Positions 44,101 through 53,169 of a stretch of 64,000 bases of DNA are shown one piece after another; position 1 is the stretch's first letter; each line of letters starts with the position of its first letter. The stretch is from an uncultured Bacteroidales bacterium (GTDB lineage Bacteria; Bacteroidota; Bacteroidia; Bacteroidales; WCHB1-69). The stretch spans positions 1,807 through 65,806 of the forward strand of contig ONQE01000009.1 in assembly GCA_900319925.1 (NCBI GenBank), given 5' to 3'. Under the pieces are notes generated by a model. That model was not told the DNA's origin. It saw only the letters and a list, made by a program, of their open reading frames with translations, and searched no databases. The position numbers were made by a program, and so were the translations under genes.

Positions 44101-44993
44101 ACCCCGCCCCCAATTACGAGCCTTTCGAGTTCGAAACGCAGAAAAGCATTCTCTTCAAAGGCAATGTGACGGTGAAGGACGGCCGTTTCCGGTTCTCGTT
44201 CTACGTGCCCAAGGATATCGACTACAGTTTCGGCAACGGTAGAATCAGCTACTATGCGCGCACCGACAAGGAAGATGCTGCGGGTGTTTTCACGGACTTC
44301 ATCATCGGAGGTATGGACACCAATGGCATTCAGGACGATGAAAGTCCTGTGATACAACTTTTCATGAACGATGAGAACTTCGTTAATGGCGGAGTGACGG
44401 GTACGAGTCCCACGCTGGTCGCCAAGATTTCCGACAATTTCGGTATCAACACGACGGGCAACGGCATCGGGCACGATTTGACGGCCGTGCTCGACCGCAA
44501 CACGGGTGGCAAGATTGTGTTGAACGACTACTACCAGACGGAGAAGGACAGTTTCAGCTGTGGCACGGTGCGTTATCCGTTGCAGGAGTTGGCTCCAGGC
44601 GAGCACACGATCTCTGTTCGGGCTTGGGATGTCAACAACAACAGCGCAGAGCAGGAGCTGACTTTCCGGGTGGTGAGCGAGGACAAGTTCACGTTGAGCC
44701 ATGTGCTGAACTACCCGAACCCGTTCACCACGCACACGGACTTCTATTTCGAGCACAACCAGCCCGGTGGCCTCTTCGATATCCAAGTGAGCATCTTCAC
44801 GATTTCCGGAAAGTTGGTCAGGACGTTGAATGAGAGTCAGTATATGGATGGCAACCGCTGCCGCGCCATCTCTTGGGATGGTCTGGACGATTATGGCGAC
44901 AAATTGGCCAAAGGGACATACCTCTATCGTGTCCGCGTGAAAACCCAGGATGGTCAGACGGCGGAAACCATTGAGAAGCTGGTGATTCTGTAG
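41109..44993 (+). CDS. porU: Type IX secretion system sortase PorU (C25-like peptidase) with its own C-terminal domain
   Basis: 1294 aa with a gingipain/C25-like central region. The C-terminal T9SS-type domain contains LNYPNPFTTHTDFYFEH, FTISGKLVRTL and KGTYLYRVRV. The gene is adjacent to porV. Confidence 0.82.
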   Translation: MTRKSWVQVLIFILIIFQVADSQAQTIQKKYSIRWEEPYLNTFSDGSQQEFLAFDGASYGYDYPDLPFFYEAIPVDKFFTEYDVRVVAQEFADMPAREAALMPQDFHRKTVDYQVVSAYDRRSVFARLYFIPIVETAPGRYQKLTSVTLEITPGRVASRKGTRGYAAQSVLATGQWYQCSLTETGIYKVTYQDLTAMGMQTPIASSQLAVFGNGGMMLPERNGDPRIDDLQELPLEMHDGGDGSFDNGDYFLFYGLSPHRVCYDTASQRFTHAYNVYSDESYYFMTQSPGVGAKKRLQTIDNESLSSTMSVQDFTYFGFYEEDLTNLCESGKTWLGDRYDITQTHSYSFRLPGVPTGQGRLSVRAAASASTTSSFQAMVNQVAAGSFSLRYVTGSLLVCLTTGELSFNASSRDLTVQLTYNKPTSSAVGYLDWIEVEVPCALTLRGGQTAFRNLSTVGAGNVTQFNLQGVSASASLWDVTDPSHATRIALTADGQGSHFKARTDSLCEYIVFDGSNYLSVKPLSAIPNQNLHATGNVDMVIVVHPNFLAQANRLAQFRAESDGLNVKVVTPQQVYNEFSSGSQDPIAIRDYMRMIYERTNREYPKYLLLFGRPSYDFRGRAQGTALYVPNFQYNIEYIDRQYPQFKYISDMGHQFTGDDPLGLLDENEGYNGDGMYDLGVGRFPCTSVSQATVAVDKSIRYTTKRNLVPEGSSQISNFGDWRNIMAFVADDEEGNDFIYNADLFTTKVAESNPNINFDKIYLDAYQQVSNAGGQRYPDAVTDINNRMNRGSLFFMYIGHSGKDGWAAERILENSDITRWTNKYNMPGLISLSCTFAYYDRLIQSPSDIMFFNNEGGPVAVIAAAREAWSLPNNIFGRNFFTQMFQKDENGNYLSISDLERKAKNLSGAVSGGEGNNLCMFVTYGDPSIKLSVPQYNVVTDSINTHSVEASADTVRALSKVTVCGRVTDENMQTLTSFNGTVFPSVYDKKVTVTTLINDPAPNYEPFEFETQKSILFKGNVTVKDGRFRFSFYVPKDIDYSFGNGRISYYARTDKEDAAGVFTDFIIGGMDTNGIQDDESPVIQLFMNDENFVNGGVTGTSPTLVAKISDNFGINTTGNGIGHDLTAVLDRNTGGKIVLNDYYQTEKDSFSCGTVRYPLQELAPGEHTISVRAWDVNNNSAEQELTFRVVSEDKFTLSHVLNYPNPFTTHTDFYFEHNQPGGLFDIQVSIFTISGKLVRTLNESQYMDGNRCRAISWDGLDDYGDKLAKGTYLYRVRVKTQDGQTAETIEKLVIL

Positions 44994-45041
44994 TGAGTAG
45001 TGAATGGTGAGTAGTGAATAGTGAGTAGTGAATAGTGAGTT
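44993..45041. repeat. Heptamer array GTGAGTA/GTGAATR x7 (also a 14-nt period)
   Basis: Starts on the last nt of the porU TAG stop; 49 nt is 7 units. Confidence 0.9.
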
Positions 45042-45206
45042 TTTAGTATGTAGTTTGTTGTTTATCAATGCGTTATTGGTGCGATATCACATTTGAAAAA
45101 AAATAATTTCGTTTGGATATAATAAAAGTGACAAAAGTCCGTTGACCCATAGTTTTTTTGGAATAAATAATAGTATTAACAAGTAATAAAAAACGTAAAA
45201 CTACCA

Positions 45207-46469
45207 ATGAACAAGCAAGTTATGAAAAGAGCAGCTGCTGTTTTGACCTGTATCGTACTTTTCACCATCGCGCAAGTCAGCGCACAGAGCAAGGCTATCG
45301 ATCAATCAAACCTTAACGGTCAGGATTTGAATGCCATTACCACGGCGGTGCCGTTTTTGACCATTGCTCCGGACTCTCGTGCAGGTGCTATGGGTGACAT
45401 CGGTTGCGCCACTTCTGCTGACGCCAATTCACAGAGTTACAACCCTGCAAAGTATGTTTTCAGCGATAACCAATTCGGCTTCAGCCTTTCTTACAGCCCG
45501 TGGCTTCGTCAGTTGGTGAACGACATCAATCTGCTCTACCTCTCCGGTTATTGGCGTATCACGGATATGGACGCCATCGGTGCGTCGTTGCGCTATTTCT
45601 CTTTGGGTGACATTGAGTTTATGGATGAGAACGGACAGTTGGTCAGCACGCAGAACCCCAACGAGTTCGCCATCGACTTCACCTATTCGCGTAAGCTGAT
45701 CGACCAGTTGTCCATCGCCATCACGCCGCGCTTCATCTACTCCAACTTGACGGCCGGTCAGTTCGTGGGCGGCGAAGAGACGAAAGCGGGTTTGGCCGGT
45801 GCCGCTGACATCTCCCTCTTCTACGAGCAGGATTTCGATGTCAAGGCTTTTGAGAACAGCACGTTGCGTGCCGGTCTCTGCATTTCGAACATGGGTAACA
45901 AAATGTCCTACTCTTTCGGAACGCTGCGTCGTGACTTCCTGCCCACCAACCTGAAGCTCGGTCTCGGTTACGAGATGAACTTCGACGGTTACAATAAGTT
46001 GACCCTCAACGGCGAACTCAACAAATTGTTGGTTCCCACCAATCCTATCTATGCGATTGACAGTGCGACGGGTCGTATCATTTACGACGCTGCCGGAAAC
46101 CCGGTCATCGCCGCCGGTATGGATCCCGACGTCTCTGTGCCGCAGGGTATGATTCAGTCGTTCTACGATGCTCCGGGCGGTTTCAAGGAGGAGATGCGCG
46201 AGATTATGTGGGCTTTGGGTGCGGAGTACAGCTACCGTGACATCTTCTTTGTGCGTCTCGGCTATTTCCACGAGAGCCAGTACAAGGGCAACCGTCAGTT
46301 CCTCTCTGTCGGTGCCGGTATCAAGTACAGTGTCTTCGGCTTCGACGTCTCCTACTTGGTCGCCACCAAGCAGTATCACCCGCTGGCCAACACGTTGCGT
46401 TTCAGCCTCAACTTCGACTTCGTTTCCGCCAACAAGAACGAAATCAAGCAGCAGGGACGCTGGAACTAA
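45207..46469 (+). CDS. porV: Type IX secretion system outer-membrane shuttle protein PorV (LptO)
   Basis: Signal peptide followed by AITTAVPFLTIAPDSRAGAMGD, the conserved PorV N-terminal block, with beta-barrel character throughout. Confidence 0.85.
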   Translation: MNKQVMKRAAAVLTCIVLFTIAQVSAQSKAIDQSNLNGQDLNAITTAVPFLTIAPDSRAGAMGDIGCATSADANSQSYNPAKYVFSDNQFGFSLSYSPWLRQLVNDINLLYLSGYWRITDMDAIGASLRYFSLGDIEFMDENGQLVSTQNPNEFAIDFTYSRKLIDQLSIAITPRFIYSNLTAGQFVGGEETKAGLAGAADISLFYEQDFDVKAFENSTLRAGLCISNMGNKMSYSFGTLRRDFLPTNLKLGLGYEMNFDGYNKLTLNGELNKLLVPTNPIYAIDSATGRIIYDAAGNPVIAAGMDPDVSVPQGMIQSFYDAPGGFKEEMREIMWALGAEYSYRDIFFVRLGYFHESQYKGNRQFLSVGAGIKYSVFGFDVSYLVATKQYHPLANTLRFSLNFDFVSANKNEIKQQGRWN

Positions 46470-46476
46470 TCGCTAT

Positions 46477-46959
46477 ATGGATTTCCGCGTAGGATTCGGA
46501 TACGACTCCCATCGATTCGCCCCCGGCAGGCCGCTGGTCATCGGGGGCGTGGTCGTTCCATACGAATTGGGGCTCGCCGCCCATTCCGACGGTGACGTGC
46601 TCATTCACGCCGTGTGCGACGCTTTGCTCGGTGCTGCCGGACTGAAGGACATCGGCACCTGGTTCCCCGATACCGACGACACCTACAAGAACGCCGACAG
46701 CACGCTGTTGTTGGCTAAGGTGGTGGAAGTCATCAAAGAGAAGGGTTGGCAGGTGAACAATTTGGATTGTACGCTCGTGCTGGAGAGACCCAAGATGAAA
46801 CCGCACATCGACAATATCATCCTTAGATTGTCGCAGTTGTTGGATGTGTCGCCCGAAAATATTGCCGTGAAGGCCAAGACCAACGAAAAGATGGGCTTCA
46901 CGGGCGCAGGGGAGGGGATCGCCGCCGTGGCCGCCGTGACGCTGCGCAAACCGTTTTAA
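46477..46959 (+). CDS. ispF: 2-C-methyl-D-erythritol 2,4-cyclodiphosphate synthase
   Basis: Contains FRVGFGYDSHRF, GHSDGDVLIHA-like AHSDGDVLIHAVCDALLGA and FPDTD. The true ATG is at 46477, inside the longer ORF-track entry 46168-46959. Confidence 0.95.
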   Translation: MDFRVGFGYDSHRFAPGRPLVIGGVVVPYELGLAAHSDGDVLIHAVCDALLGAAGLKDIGTWFPDTDDTYKNADSTLLLAKVVEVIKEKGWQVNNLDCTLVLERPKMKPHIDNIILRLSQLLDVSPENIAVKAKTNEKMGFTGAGEGIAAVAAVTLRKPF

Positions 46960-47054
46960 CGTGCATTCTTATCACATAATATTGCCGTTGCAGGGTAGGG
47001 TGTGCCGGTCTCTGTAGCGGCAAAAAACATGCTTGTACATATTCGAAATTTGTG

Positions 47055-47062
47055 TATCTTTG
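47055..47062 (+). promoter_or_regulatory. -7 box TAtcTTTG upstream of the alkaline phosphatase gene
   Basis: Lies 23 nt upstream of the ATG at 47085. Confidence 0.55.
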
Positions 47063-47084
47063 CCCGTTTTAAAACGAGTAAAAA

Positions 47085-48731
47085 ATGAGACGTTTCGTTC
47101 TTTCCACTTTGCTGATTATCACGGTGTTATTCACGATGGCGCAGCCCAAGCCCATCAAGAACGTGATATTGTTGATTACCGACGGCACCTCCACGAGTCT
47201 GTTGTCTTGTGCCCGTTGGTACCAGACCTATATGGACTCCACCCAGACCACCTTGAACATAGACCCCTACGTCTGTGGTTTGGTGCGCACGCATTCGTCG
47301 GATGCGCCCATTGGTGACTCTGCGCCGACGACCTCCTGCTATGTTTCGGGCATGCCTACACAGACCGGCTTTGTCTCCACCTATCCCGTGGCCACTGACC
47401 ACGATTTGGTGCCCGTTGACGCAGCCCGTGCCTACCAGCCCTTGGCCACTCTCTTGGAGGCGGCCAAGATTCTGCAGCACAAATCCACCGGTTTGGTTTT
47501 CACCTGCGAGTTCCCGCACGCCACGCCCGCCGACTGCGCAGCGCATACCTACAAGCGCGGCCGTTACAGCGTCATTGCCCCGCAGATGGTCCACAACCAC
47601 CTCGACGTGGTGATGGGCGGCGGTGTCAGCTACCTCAACGACAATCTCCAACAGGATTTGAAGAATGATGGATATAGCATTTATTTGAATGATATCCAGG
47701 GATTTAGAAACTGTACGAAAGCACCCGTCTGGGCGTTGTTCGGTGAGACTTCCGTTCCGTATTGGTTGGAAGCTGATCATCAGAAAATTCCCTCCTTGGC
47801 CGAGATGACCCGCAAGGCAATCGACCTGCTCTCGAAGAACGAGAACGGCTTCTTCCTGATGGTGGAGGGCAGCAAGGTCGATTGGGCCGCGCACGACAAC
47901 GATGCCAAGAATGCCATGATCGAGTTCCTGGAGTTCGACAAGGCTTGCGGTGAGGCGTTCCGTTTCGCGAAGGAGAACGGCGAGACTGCCATCCTGATTC
48001 TTGCCGACCACGGTACTGGCGCTGTCACCATTGGCAATCCAAAAGCTTCCCGGGACGGTTACGACCGCCTGTCGCTCAAGCAGCTTATGAGCCCTATTGA
48101 TAACTACAAACTGTCGTGTTGGTCGATGGGCGAGAAGCTTAAGAAGGCTGACACCACCGAGTGGCCGCAGCTCTTCGAAACCTATTTCGGCTTCACCCCG
48201 CAACCGGCGGAAATCACCTACCTGACCACGGGTAGCGACTACAGCAACTCCCCGATTCCGTACGAGCAGCGTAAAAACAACCTCGCGGTGTGCAAGATGC
48301 TCAGCCAGGTGCTCTACAGCCGGACCTATTTCGGATTCACCACGTTCGGACATACCATCGAGAATGTCTTCCTGGCTATGTATCATCCCCAGGGCGATGT
48401 GCTTCACGGGGTCTCCACCAACATTGAGGTTTTCAATTATATGGCTCGCCAGATGAACTTGACGGATGAGATGGGCAAGCTCACGGATGACATATACGCC
48501 CGCCATCAGCAGGTCTTCGACGGTTTCGATATCAAGATCGACAGTATCGACAAGTACAACCGCCGTTTGACGGTCAAGAACAAGAAAAACGTCTTGGTGG
48601 CAGAGAGTTTCAACAACTACGTCATGGTGAACAAGACACGGGTGGATCTCTCGTCCGTGATTGTCTATATGGACAAGACCAACACCTTCTATTTGCCGAA
48701 GGAGCTTCGGAAATATTTGGAGGCAAAATAA
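47085..48731 (+). CDS. Alkaline phosphatase family protein, secreted
   Basis: Signal peptide, ITDGTSTS (the Asp/Ser nucleophile region), VEGSKVDWAAHDND and ILADHGTG metal-ligand blocks. Confidence 0.72.
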   Translation: MRRFVLSTLLIITVLFTMAQPKPIKNVILLITDGTSTSLLSCARWYQTYMDSTQTTLNIDPYVCGLVRTHSSDAPIGDSAPTTSCYVSGMPTQTGFVSTYPVATDHDLVPVDAARAYQPLATLLEAAKILQHKSTGLVFTCEFPHATPADCAAHTYKRGRYSVIAPQMVHNHLDVVMGGGVSYLNDNLQQDLKNDGYSIYLNDIQGFRNCTKAPVWALFGETSVPYWLEADHQKIPSLAEMTRKAIDLLSKNENGFFLMVEGSKVDWAAHDNDAKNAMIEFLEFDKACGEAFRFAKENGETAILILADHGTGAVTIGNPKASRDGYDRLSLKQLMSPIDNYKLSCWSMGEKLKKADTTEWPQLFETYFGFTPQPAEITYLTTGSDYSNSPIPYEQRKNNLAVCKMLSQVLYSRTYFGFTTFGHTIENVFLAMYHPQGDVLHGVSTNIEVFNYMARQMNLTDEMGKLTDDIYARHQQVFDGFDIKIDSIDKYNRRLTVKNKKNVLVAESFNNYVMVNKTRVDLSSVIVYMDKTNTFYLPKELRKYLEAK

Positions 48732-48801
48732 TAGTTCGGAGATATAATTTTTTCAGAGAAAAGACGTTTAACTCGTTCAAGAAAAGTAAAAGCAAATCAA
48801 T

Positions 48802-49749
48802 ATGGAAACCACGAGTTCAATGAATTATGCGGGCCAGTCCCAGAATTCAAATCAAGAAAACCCGTTGAAGAAATGGGTTATCATCTTAGGAGCGTTGGCA
48901 GGTCTGTTCCTGTGCACGACGATCTATCTCGCATTCTTCGCCAAACCGACCATGAACACGGTCTATAAGGAGGTGGAGAACAAGAATGTGGAGCTGCAGA
49001 GCGAGTTGGACGCTTTGTTGGCGGAGCATAACCGCATCAAGGAGCAGTATGGCGAGCTTACCGAGCAATTGAGCGAGAAGGACAGCATTATTATGGCGAG
49101 CGCCGCGGAGATTGAGAAGCTCATCAACTCGCAGGCCGACTACAACCGCATCAAGAAACAGCTGGCGCGTTTGCAGAATATCTCGCAAGAGTACGTCAAG
49201 GAGATGGATCAGCTCTATCAAGAGAATAAGGCGCTGAAGGAAGAGAATCAGCAGGTGCGCGCAGACCTGGAGCAGGAGCGCGAAGTGACCCGCACGATAC
49301 AGAAGTCCAACGAAGACCTGGCGCAGAAGATCAGCAACGCCGCGACGTACAAAGCCTACAACATCAAGAGTGCAGGCTATCTGGTGCGCAACAAGGGTAC
49401 CGAAGAACCGACCGAGAAGGCCAACAAGGTGAAGCGTATCAAGACGACCCTGATGCTCGGCGAGAACTCCCTCATCGAGCCCGGTCCCGTGAATGTCTAT
49501 TGCCGTATCGCCATCCCCGAGACCGGCAAGGTGCTCACCATGGGCAGCGGCGACACCTACTCCTTTGTGCACAACGGCCAGCGTCTGCAGTACTCCTGCA
49601 AAACCGTGGTCAACTATAACAACAAAGCCGAGAACATCACGCTCAACTGGGACTTGATGTCTGACGACAAGGCCATCAAAGGGCAGTACAGCGTGCAGCT
49701 TTACACGGACGACCAGTTCCTCGGCGAGACCTATTTCACCCTGAAGTAA
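48802..49749 (+). CDS. Membrane-anchored coiled-coil protein, unknown function
   Basis: One TM helix, then a long heptad-rich E/K/Q/L region and a C-terminal beta-rich domain. Confidence 0.5.
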   Translation: METTSSMNYAGQSQNSNQENPLKKWVIILGALAGLFLCTTIYLAFFAKPTMNTVYKEVENKNVELQSELDALLAEHNRIKEQYGELTEQLSEKDSIIMASAAEIEKLINSQADYNRIKKQLARLQNISQEYVKEMDQLYQENKALKEENQQVRADLEQEREVTRTIQKSNEDLAQKISNAATYKAYNIKSAGYLVRNKGTEEPTEKANKVKRIKTTLMLGENSLIEPGPVNVYCRIAIPETGKVLTMGSGDTYSFVHNGQRLQYSCKTVVNYNNKAENITLNWDLMSDDKAIKGQYSVQLYTDDQFLGETYFTLK

Positions 49750-49774
49750 ATCAAACACAGTAAAGATAGATAAT

Positions 49775-50722
49775 ATGGTCAGCCGGCGATATTTGAGAAT
49801 CAAGACGATGCAGGCGCTCTACGCCTACAATGCCAACCCCAAGGCGGAGGTCCGCGCATACGAGACGAATTTGGTGAAGGCGGTGCGCGACTGCTACGAG
49901 CTTTTCCTGTGGCTCTTCGCCTTGCTGCCAGAAATCGCTTTCTATCGCATGAAGAAGTTAGAGAGCATGCGGGAGAAGTACAACCCCACCGAGGAGGACC
50001 TGAACCCGAATATGAAGTTCGTCAACAACCAGGTGATCCGGCAGATGGAGAACAATAAGACGCTCAAGCAGCTGTGGCCGCAGCATCATATCCTTTGGGA
50101 GGATGACACGGACTTGATTTCCAAGCTGTTCCGTGAGATTGAGCAGCTTCCGGAGTATGAGGTTTATATGTCCACACGCGAAAGTGACTATAAGTCGGAC
50201 AAAAAGTTTGTATTGTCCGTCATTGAGAAAGTCTTTGCTACGAATGACCTGTTGCACTGGTTCTTAGGTGAGAAGAACACCCATTGGATCGATGACTACG
50301 AAGAGGCAATGTTGATGTTCTACCAGAATGTCAGGGATTTCAAAGAGGAAGACGGGGATAACTGCAGTATTGCCACGCTTTTCAAAAGTCCAGAGGATGA
50401 GCAGTTTTGCCGCCAGCTCTTCCGCAAGACCCTCGAACATGCTCCCGAATACACGAAAATGATTGAGGAAAAGTTGAAGAACTGGGAGCTGGAGCGCGTC
50501 ATCAGTATGGATATGTTGCTGATGCAGATGGCGTTGTGCGAGTTGTTGGAATTCCCCTCTGTGCCCATCAAGGTGACGCTGAATGAATATATTGAGATGG
50601 CGAAATGGTACAGTTCCGACAAGAGCAAGGTCTTTGTCAACGGTATCCTCGACCGTCTGATTGTGGATTTGCGCGAGAGCGGCCAGATTGTGAAAACCGG
50701 ACGCGGGTTGTATCAAAATTAG
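49775..50722 (+). CDS. nusB: Transcription antitermination factor NusB (long Bacteroidetes form)
   Basis: N-terminal RRYLRIKTMQALYAY, and a C-terminal NusB fold segment ELLEFPSVPIKVTLNEYIEMAKWYSSDKSKVFVNGILD. Confidence 0.75.
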   Translation: MVSRRYLRIKTMQALYAYNANPKAEVRAYETNLVKAVRDCYELFLWLFALLPEIAFYRMKKLESMREKYNPTEEDLNPNMKFVNNQVIRQMENNKTLKQLWPQHHILWEDDTDLISKLFREIEQLPEYEVYMSTRESDYKSDKKFVLSVIEKVFATNDLLHWFLGEKNTHWIDDYEEAMLMFYQNVRDFKEEDGDNCSIATLFKSPEDEQFCRQLFRKTLEHAPEYTKMIEEKLKNWELERVISMDMLLMQMALCELLEFPSVPIKVTLNEYIEMAKWYSSDKSKVFVNGILDRLIVDLRESGQIVKTGRGLYQN

Positions 50723-50735
50723 TAATGAAAATAAA

Positions 50736-51206
50736 TTGATTATGAGGAAAATAACGTATATATTAGTGGTTGTGGCGATGGTGATTGTCGGCTGTCATAA
50801 GCGGCCGGCCAAGGAGGGTGACTTCACGGTGAAAGATGTGCACATTCCGCAGACGGCGGAGGGCCTTTCGGCGAAAGAGGCGGAGAAGATGCCCGTTATC
50901 TCGTTTGAGAATACAACCTACGATTTCGGTGATGTGATTGAAGGTGAGCATCTCACGTATGCCTTCAAGTTCAAGAACACCGGCAAGTCGAACCTGATCA
51001 TCTATTCCTCTGAGGCCACCTGTGGCTGTACGACCTCCCAACCCCCGAAAGCTCCAGTGCGCCCGGGCGAGAGCGGCGAGATCACCGTCACGTTCGACTC
51101 CAAGGGTCAGAAAGGCAAGGTTCAGAAACGCATCCTGGTGGGTGCCAACACCTATCCCGCCGAGACAATTCTGACCATCACTGCGAATGTTTCATCCAGT
51201 AAATAG
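50736..51206 (+). CDS. DUF1573 domain protein
   Basis: Contains YDFGDV.EGE....F.F.N.G...L.I......CGCT and PGESGEITVTFD, typical of DUF1573. Confidence 0.75.
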   Translation: MIMRKITYILVVVAMVIVGCHKRPAKEGDFTVKDVHIPQTAEGLSAKEAEKMPVISFENTTYDFGDVIEGEHLTYAFKFKNTGKSNLIIYSSEATCGCTTSQPPKAPVRPGESGEITVTFDSKGQKGKVQKRILVGANTYPAETILTITANVSSSK

Positions 51207-51230
51207 TTAAAAAACCTAAATCTTACAACT

Positions 51231-51623
51231 ATGTTGAATATTGTTTTACCCTTGTTACAGGCAGGTGGCGGAGCCGCTCCCGCCGGCGGTGGAATGGGCG
51301 GTGGCTCATCCATGCTCATTTTCCTTCTGCTGATGATTTTGATTTTCTACTTCTTCATGATTCGTCCGCAGCAGAAGAAGCAGAAAAAGATCGAAGAGGC
51401 TCGCAACAGCTTGCAAAGAGGTGACAAAGTGGTCACTATTGGCGGCATCCATGGCAAGATTGTCGATGTGAAGGATCGCACCTTCACCATTGAGATCGCC
51501 CGCGATGTGCGCATCGAGGTGGACAAAGCCGCCATCTCCTTCAACGAGGCTGAGCTGAACAGCAAGCCGGAATCCAAAAAGGAGGAAAAGAAGGAGGAGG
51601 AAAAGTCTGAGGATAACGAATAG
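51231..51623 (+). CDS. yajC: Preprotein translocase subunit YajC
   Basis: Contains FFMIRPQQKKQKK...LQRGDKVVTIGGIHGKIV. Confidence 0.9.
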   Translation: MLNIVLPLLQAGGGAAPAGGGMGGGSSMLIFLLLMILIFYFFMIRPQQKKQKKIEEARNSLQRGDKVVTIGGIHGKIVDVKDRTFTIEIARDVRIEVDKAAISFNEAELNSKPESKKEEKKEEEKSEDNE

Positions 51624-51626
51624 GCT

Positions 51627-52043
51627 ATGGCTGAGAATCAGAAAAACATTCCTGTGAAGCTCCCTTCACTGGCTTTTGTCGTATGCCTGCTAATTTCCGT
51701 CGCGTGCTGGGTTTTGGTCACGCTGTCGAAGGAGTACAAGGTGTCCTACGATTATAAGCTCGTGTGTGAGAATTTGCCGGAAGGACGTAAGTCCGTCACC
51801 TCTTCGGATACCATCATCACGTTGACTTTCAACCAGAAAGGGCTCCATTATATGGTAAAGCCTTTTTCGGATAAGGAAAAAGTGCTGACCCTTTCGATCA
51901 AAGACCTTATCAAGCCGAAAAACAAGGTGACCGTCTATACCTTCACCAACAAGGAGTTGTGCGACTACCTTTCCACCCACAATTTCGGTCCCGAATTGGT
52001 GGCGGTTTCATCGCCGGAGGTCATCACCTTCTACCTGCGTTAA
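51627..52043 (+). CDS. Small membrane-anchored protein, possibly YbbR-like
   Basis: One TM helix plus a beta-rich domain. The call rests on synteny between yajC and coaE only. Confidence 0.4.
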   Translation: MAENQKNIPVKLPSLAFVVCLLISVACWVLVTLSKEYKVSYDYKLVCENLPEGRKSVTSSDTIITLTFNQKGLHYMVKPFSDKEKVLTLSIKDLIKPKNKVTVYTFTNKELCDYLSTHNFGPELVAVSSPEVITFYLR

Positions 52044-52045
52044 AG

Positions 52046-52606
52046 ATGGTTAAAATCGGTCTTACAGGCGGTATTGGAACTGGAAAGACTTACCTGTCCA
52101 CCCACTTCCTCGATATGGGCATACCTGTCTATTATGCCGATGACGAAGCGAAGAAGTTGTATCGCAGTCCTTCCTTTTTGGCGGATATGCGCGAAGCTTT
52201 CCCGGATGGACGTCTTTGGGAGGAAGACGGTTCCTTGAATATGCAACAGCTTTCACAATCTTTTGAAGACGAGGCGTTTCTGCAACGGCTGAGCCATTTC
52301 GTGCACCCGTATGTGATGCGCGACTTTGAGCGATGGGCTGCCGAACAGGACGCGCTAGCCGTCATGATGGAGTCGGCGATACTGTTCGAGTATGATTTGG
52401 TCTCCTATTTCGATAAGATTATCGTTGCCGATGCCCCGGAGCCGCTGAGGATCAAACGCATACGGGAACGTAACCCGCACCTCACAGTAGCGGACATCCG
52501 CCAGCGCATGGCGCGCCAGATTCCCCAGGAGGAGAAGTGCGCGAGGGCGGATTTGGTGGTCTGCACGGGAGAAACCTATCGGGAAGGGTTAAGGTTTAAG
52601 GTTTAA
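52046..52606 (+). CDS. coaE: Dephospho-CoA kinase
   Basis: MVKIGLTGGIGTGKT P-loop at the N-terminus. The true ATG is at 52046, inside the longer ORF-track entry. The last codons and the stop are encoded by the GGTTTAA array. Confidence 0.9.
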   Translation: MVKIGLTGGIGTGKTYLSTHFLDMGIPVYYADDEAKKLYRSPSFLADMREAFPDGRLWEEDGSLNMQQLSQSFEDEAFLQRLSHFVHPYVMRDFERWAAEQDALAVMMESAILFEYDLVSYFDKIIVADAPEPLRIKRIRERNPHLTVADIRQRMARQIPQEEKCARADLVVCTGETYREGLRFKV

Positions 52607-52627
52607 GGTTTAAGGGTTAAGGTGTAG
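52586..52627. repeat. Heptamer array GGGTTAA/GGTTTAA x6
   Basis: Both convergent genes end in it (coaE TAA at 52604-52606; thpR TAA at 52603-52605 on the minus strand), overlapping by 4 nt. Confidence 0.9.
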
Positions 52628-53169
52628 AGGGTTTTGTATTCTGGGCCGTCCTTATGGAGGAAACTCTGATAGAGATTCAATTTGTCAATCATTAAATCTT
52701 GCGCGAAAGGGGACTTTTGCGCCGTTTCTATATGTTCCCAGAATTTGTGTTTGTCGTGCAGGTTCTTGATGCGCCCCAAGGTGATATGCGGCACAAAATT
52801 ACCGTAGTTGGGCTCGAAACCTATCGCCTGTAGCTTCGGCTCCAAATCTTCAAACAATTGCTTGAAGGGTTCGAAAGATTCGAATCCCACCCAGATGGTT
52901 TCGGGGTGATAATGGCTTCCGAATACACCAATCTTGTTGATTGTTAATGAAAACAGGGAATGATGGGCGCATGTTTCTGAAAGTATCTTTCGGATTTCCG
53001 GCACTTGTTGCGGCGGGGTCGCGCCCAAAAACCGCAGCGTCAGATGTCGCACGTCATCCTTCACCCACACAATGTCGTCGTGGCGCAGGCGAAAACGCAA
53101 GTCGGCGGAGATCTTTTGGATTTCCGCCGACAAGCTGATTATGGGTGTGGCGACGAACAACCGTTTCAT
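52603..53169 (-). CDS. thpR: RNA 2',3'-cyclic phosphodiesterase (2H family, ThpR/LigT)
   Basis: Two HxTx motifs (HLTLRF and HITLGR). The ATG overlaps the dpp4 stop as ATGA. Confidence 0.85.
   Translation of the reverse strand: MKRLFVATPIISLSAEIQKISADLRFRLRHDDIVWVKDDVRHLTLRFLGATPPQQVPEIRKILSETCAHHSLFSLTINKIGVFGSHYHPETIWVGFESFEPFKQLFEDLEPKLQAIGFEPNYGNFVPHITLGRIKNLHDKHKFWEHIETAQKSPFAQDLMIDKLNLYQSFLHKDGPEYKTLYTLTLKP

Noticed and set aside
46168-46959. The 263-aa ORF-track entry spanning the porV 3' end and ispF.
   Set aside because: The N-terminal 100 residues are an out-of-frame read of porV. The IspF homology starts at MDFRVGFGYDSH (ATG at 46477). The same reasoning applies to 51959-52606 (coaE starts at 52046).
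46982-47023. A hairpin (ttgccgttgcag-N18-ctgtagcggcaa) after ispF, considered as a terminator.
   Set aside because: The stem needs two G-U pairs and is followed by an A-run rather than a U-run on the ispF strand. It is too weak to annotate.
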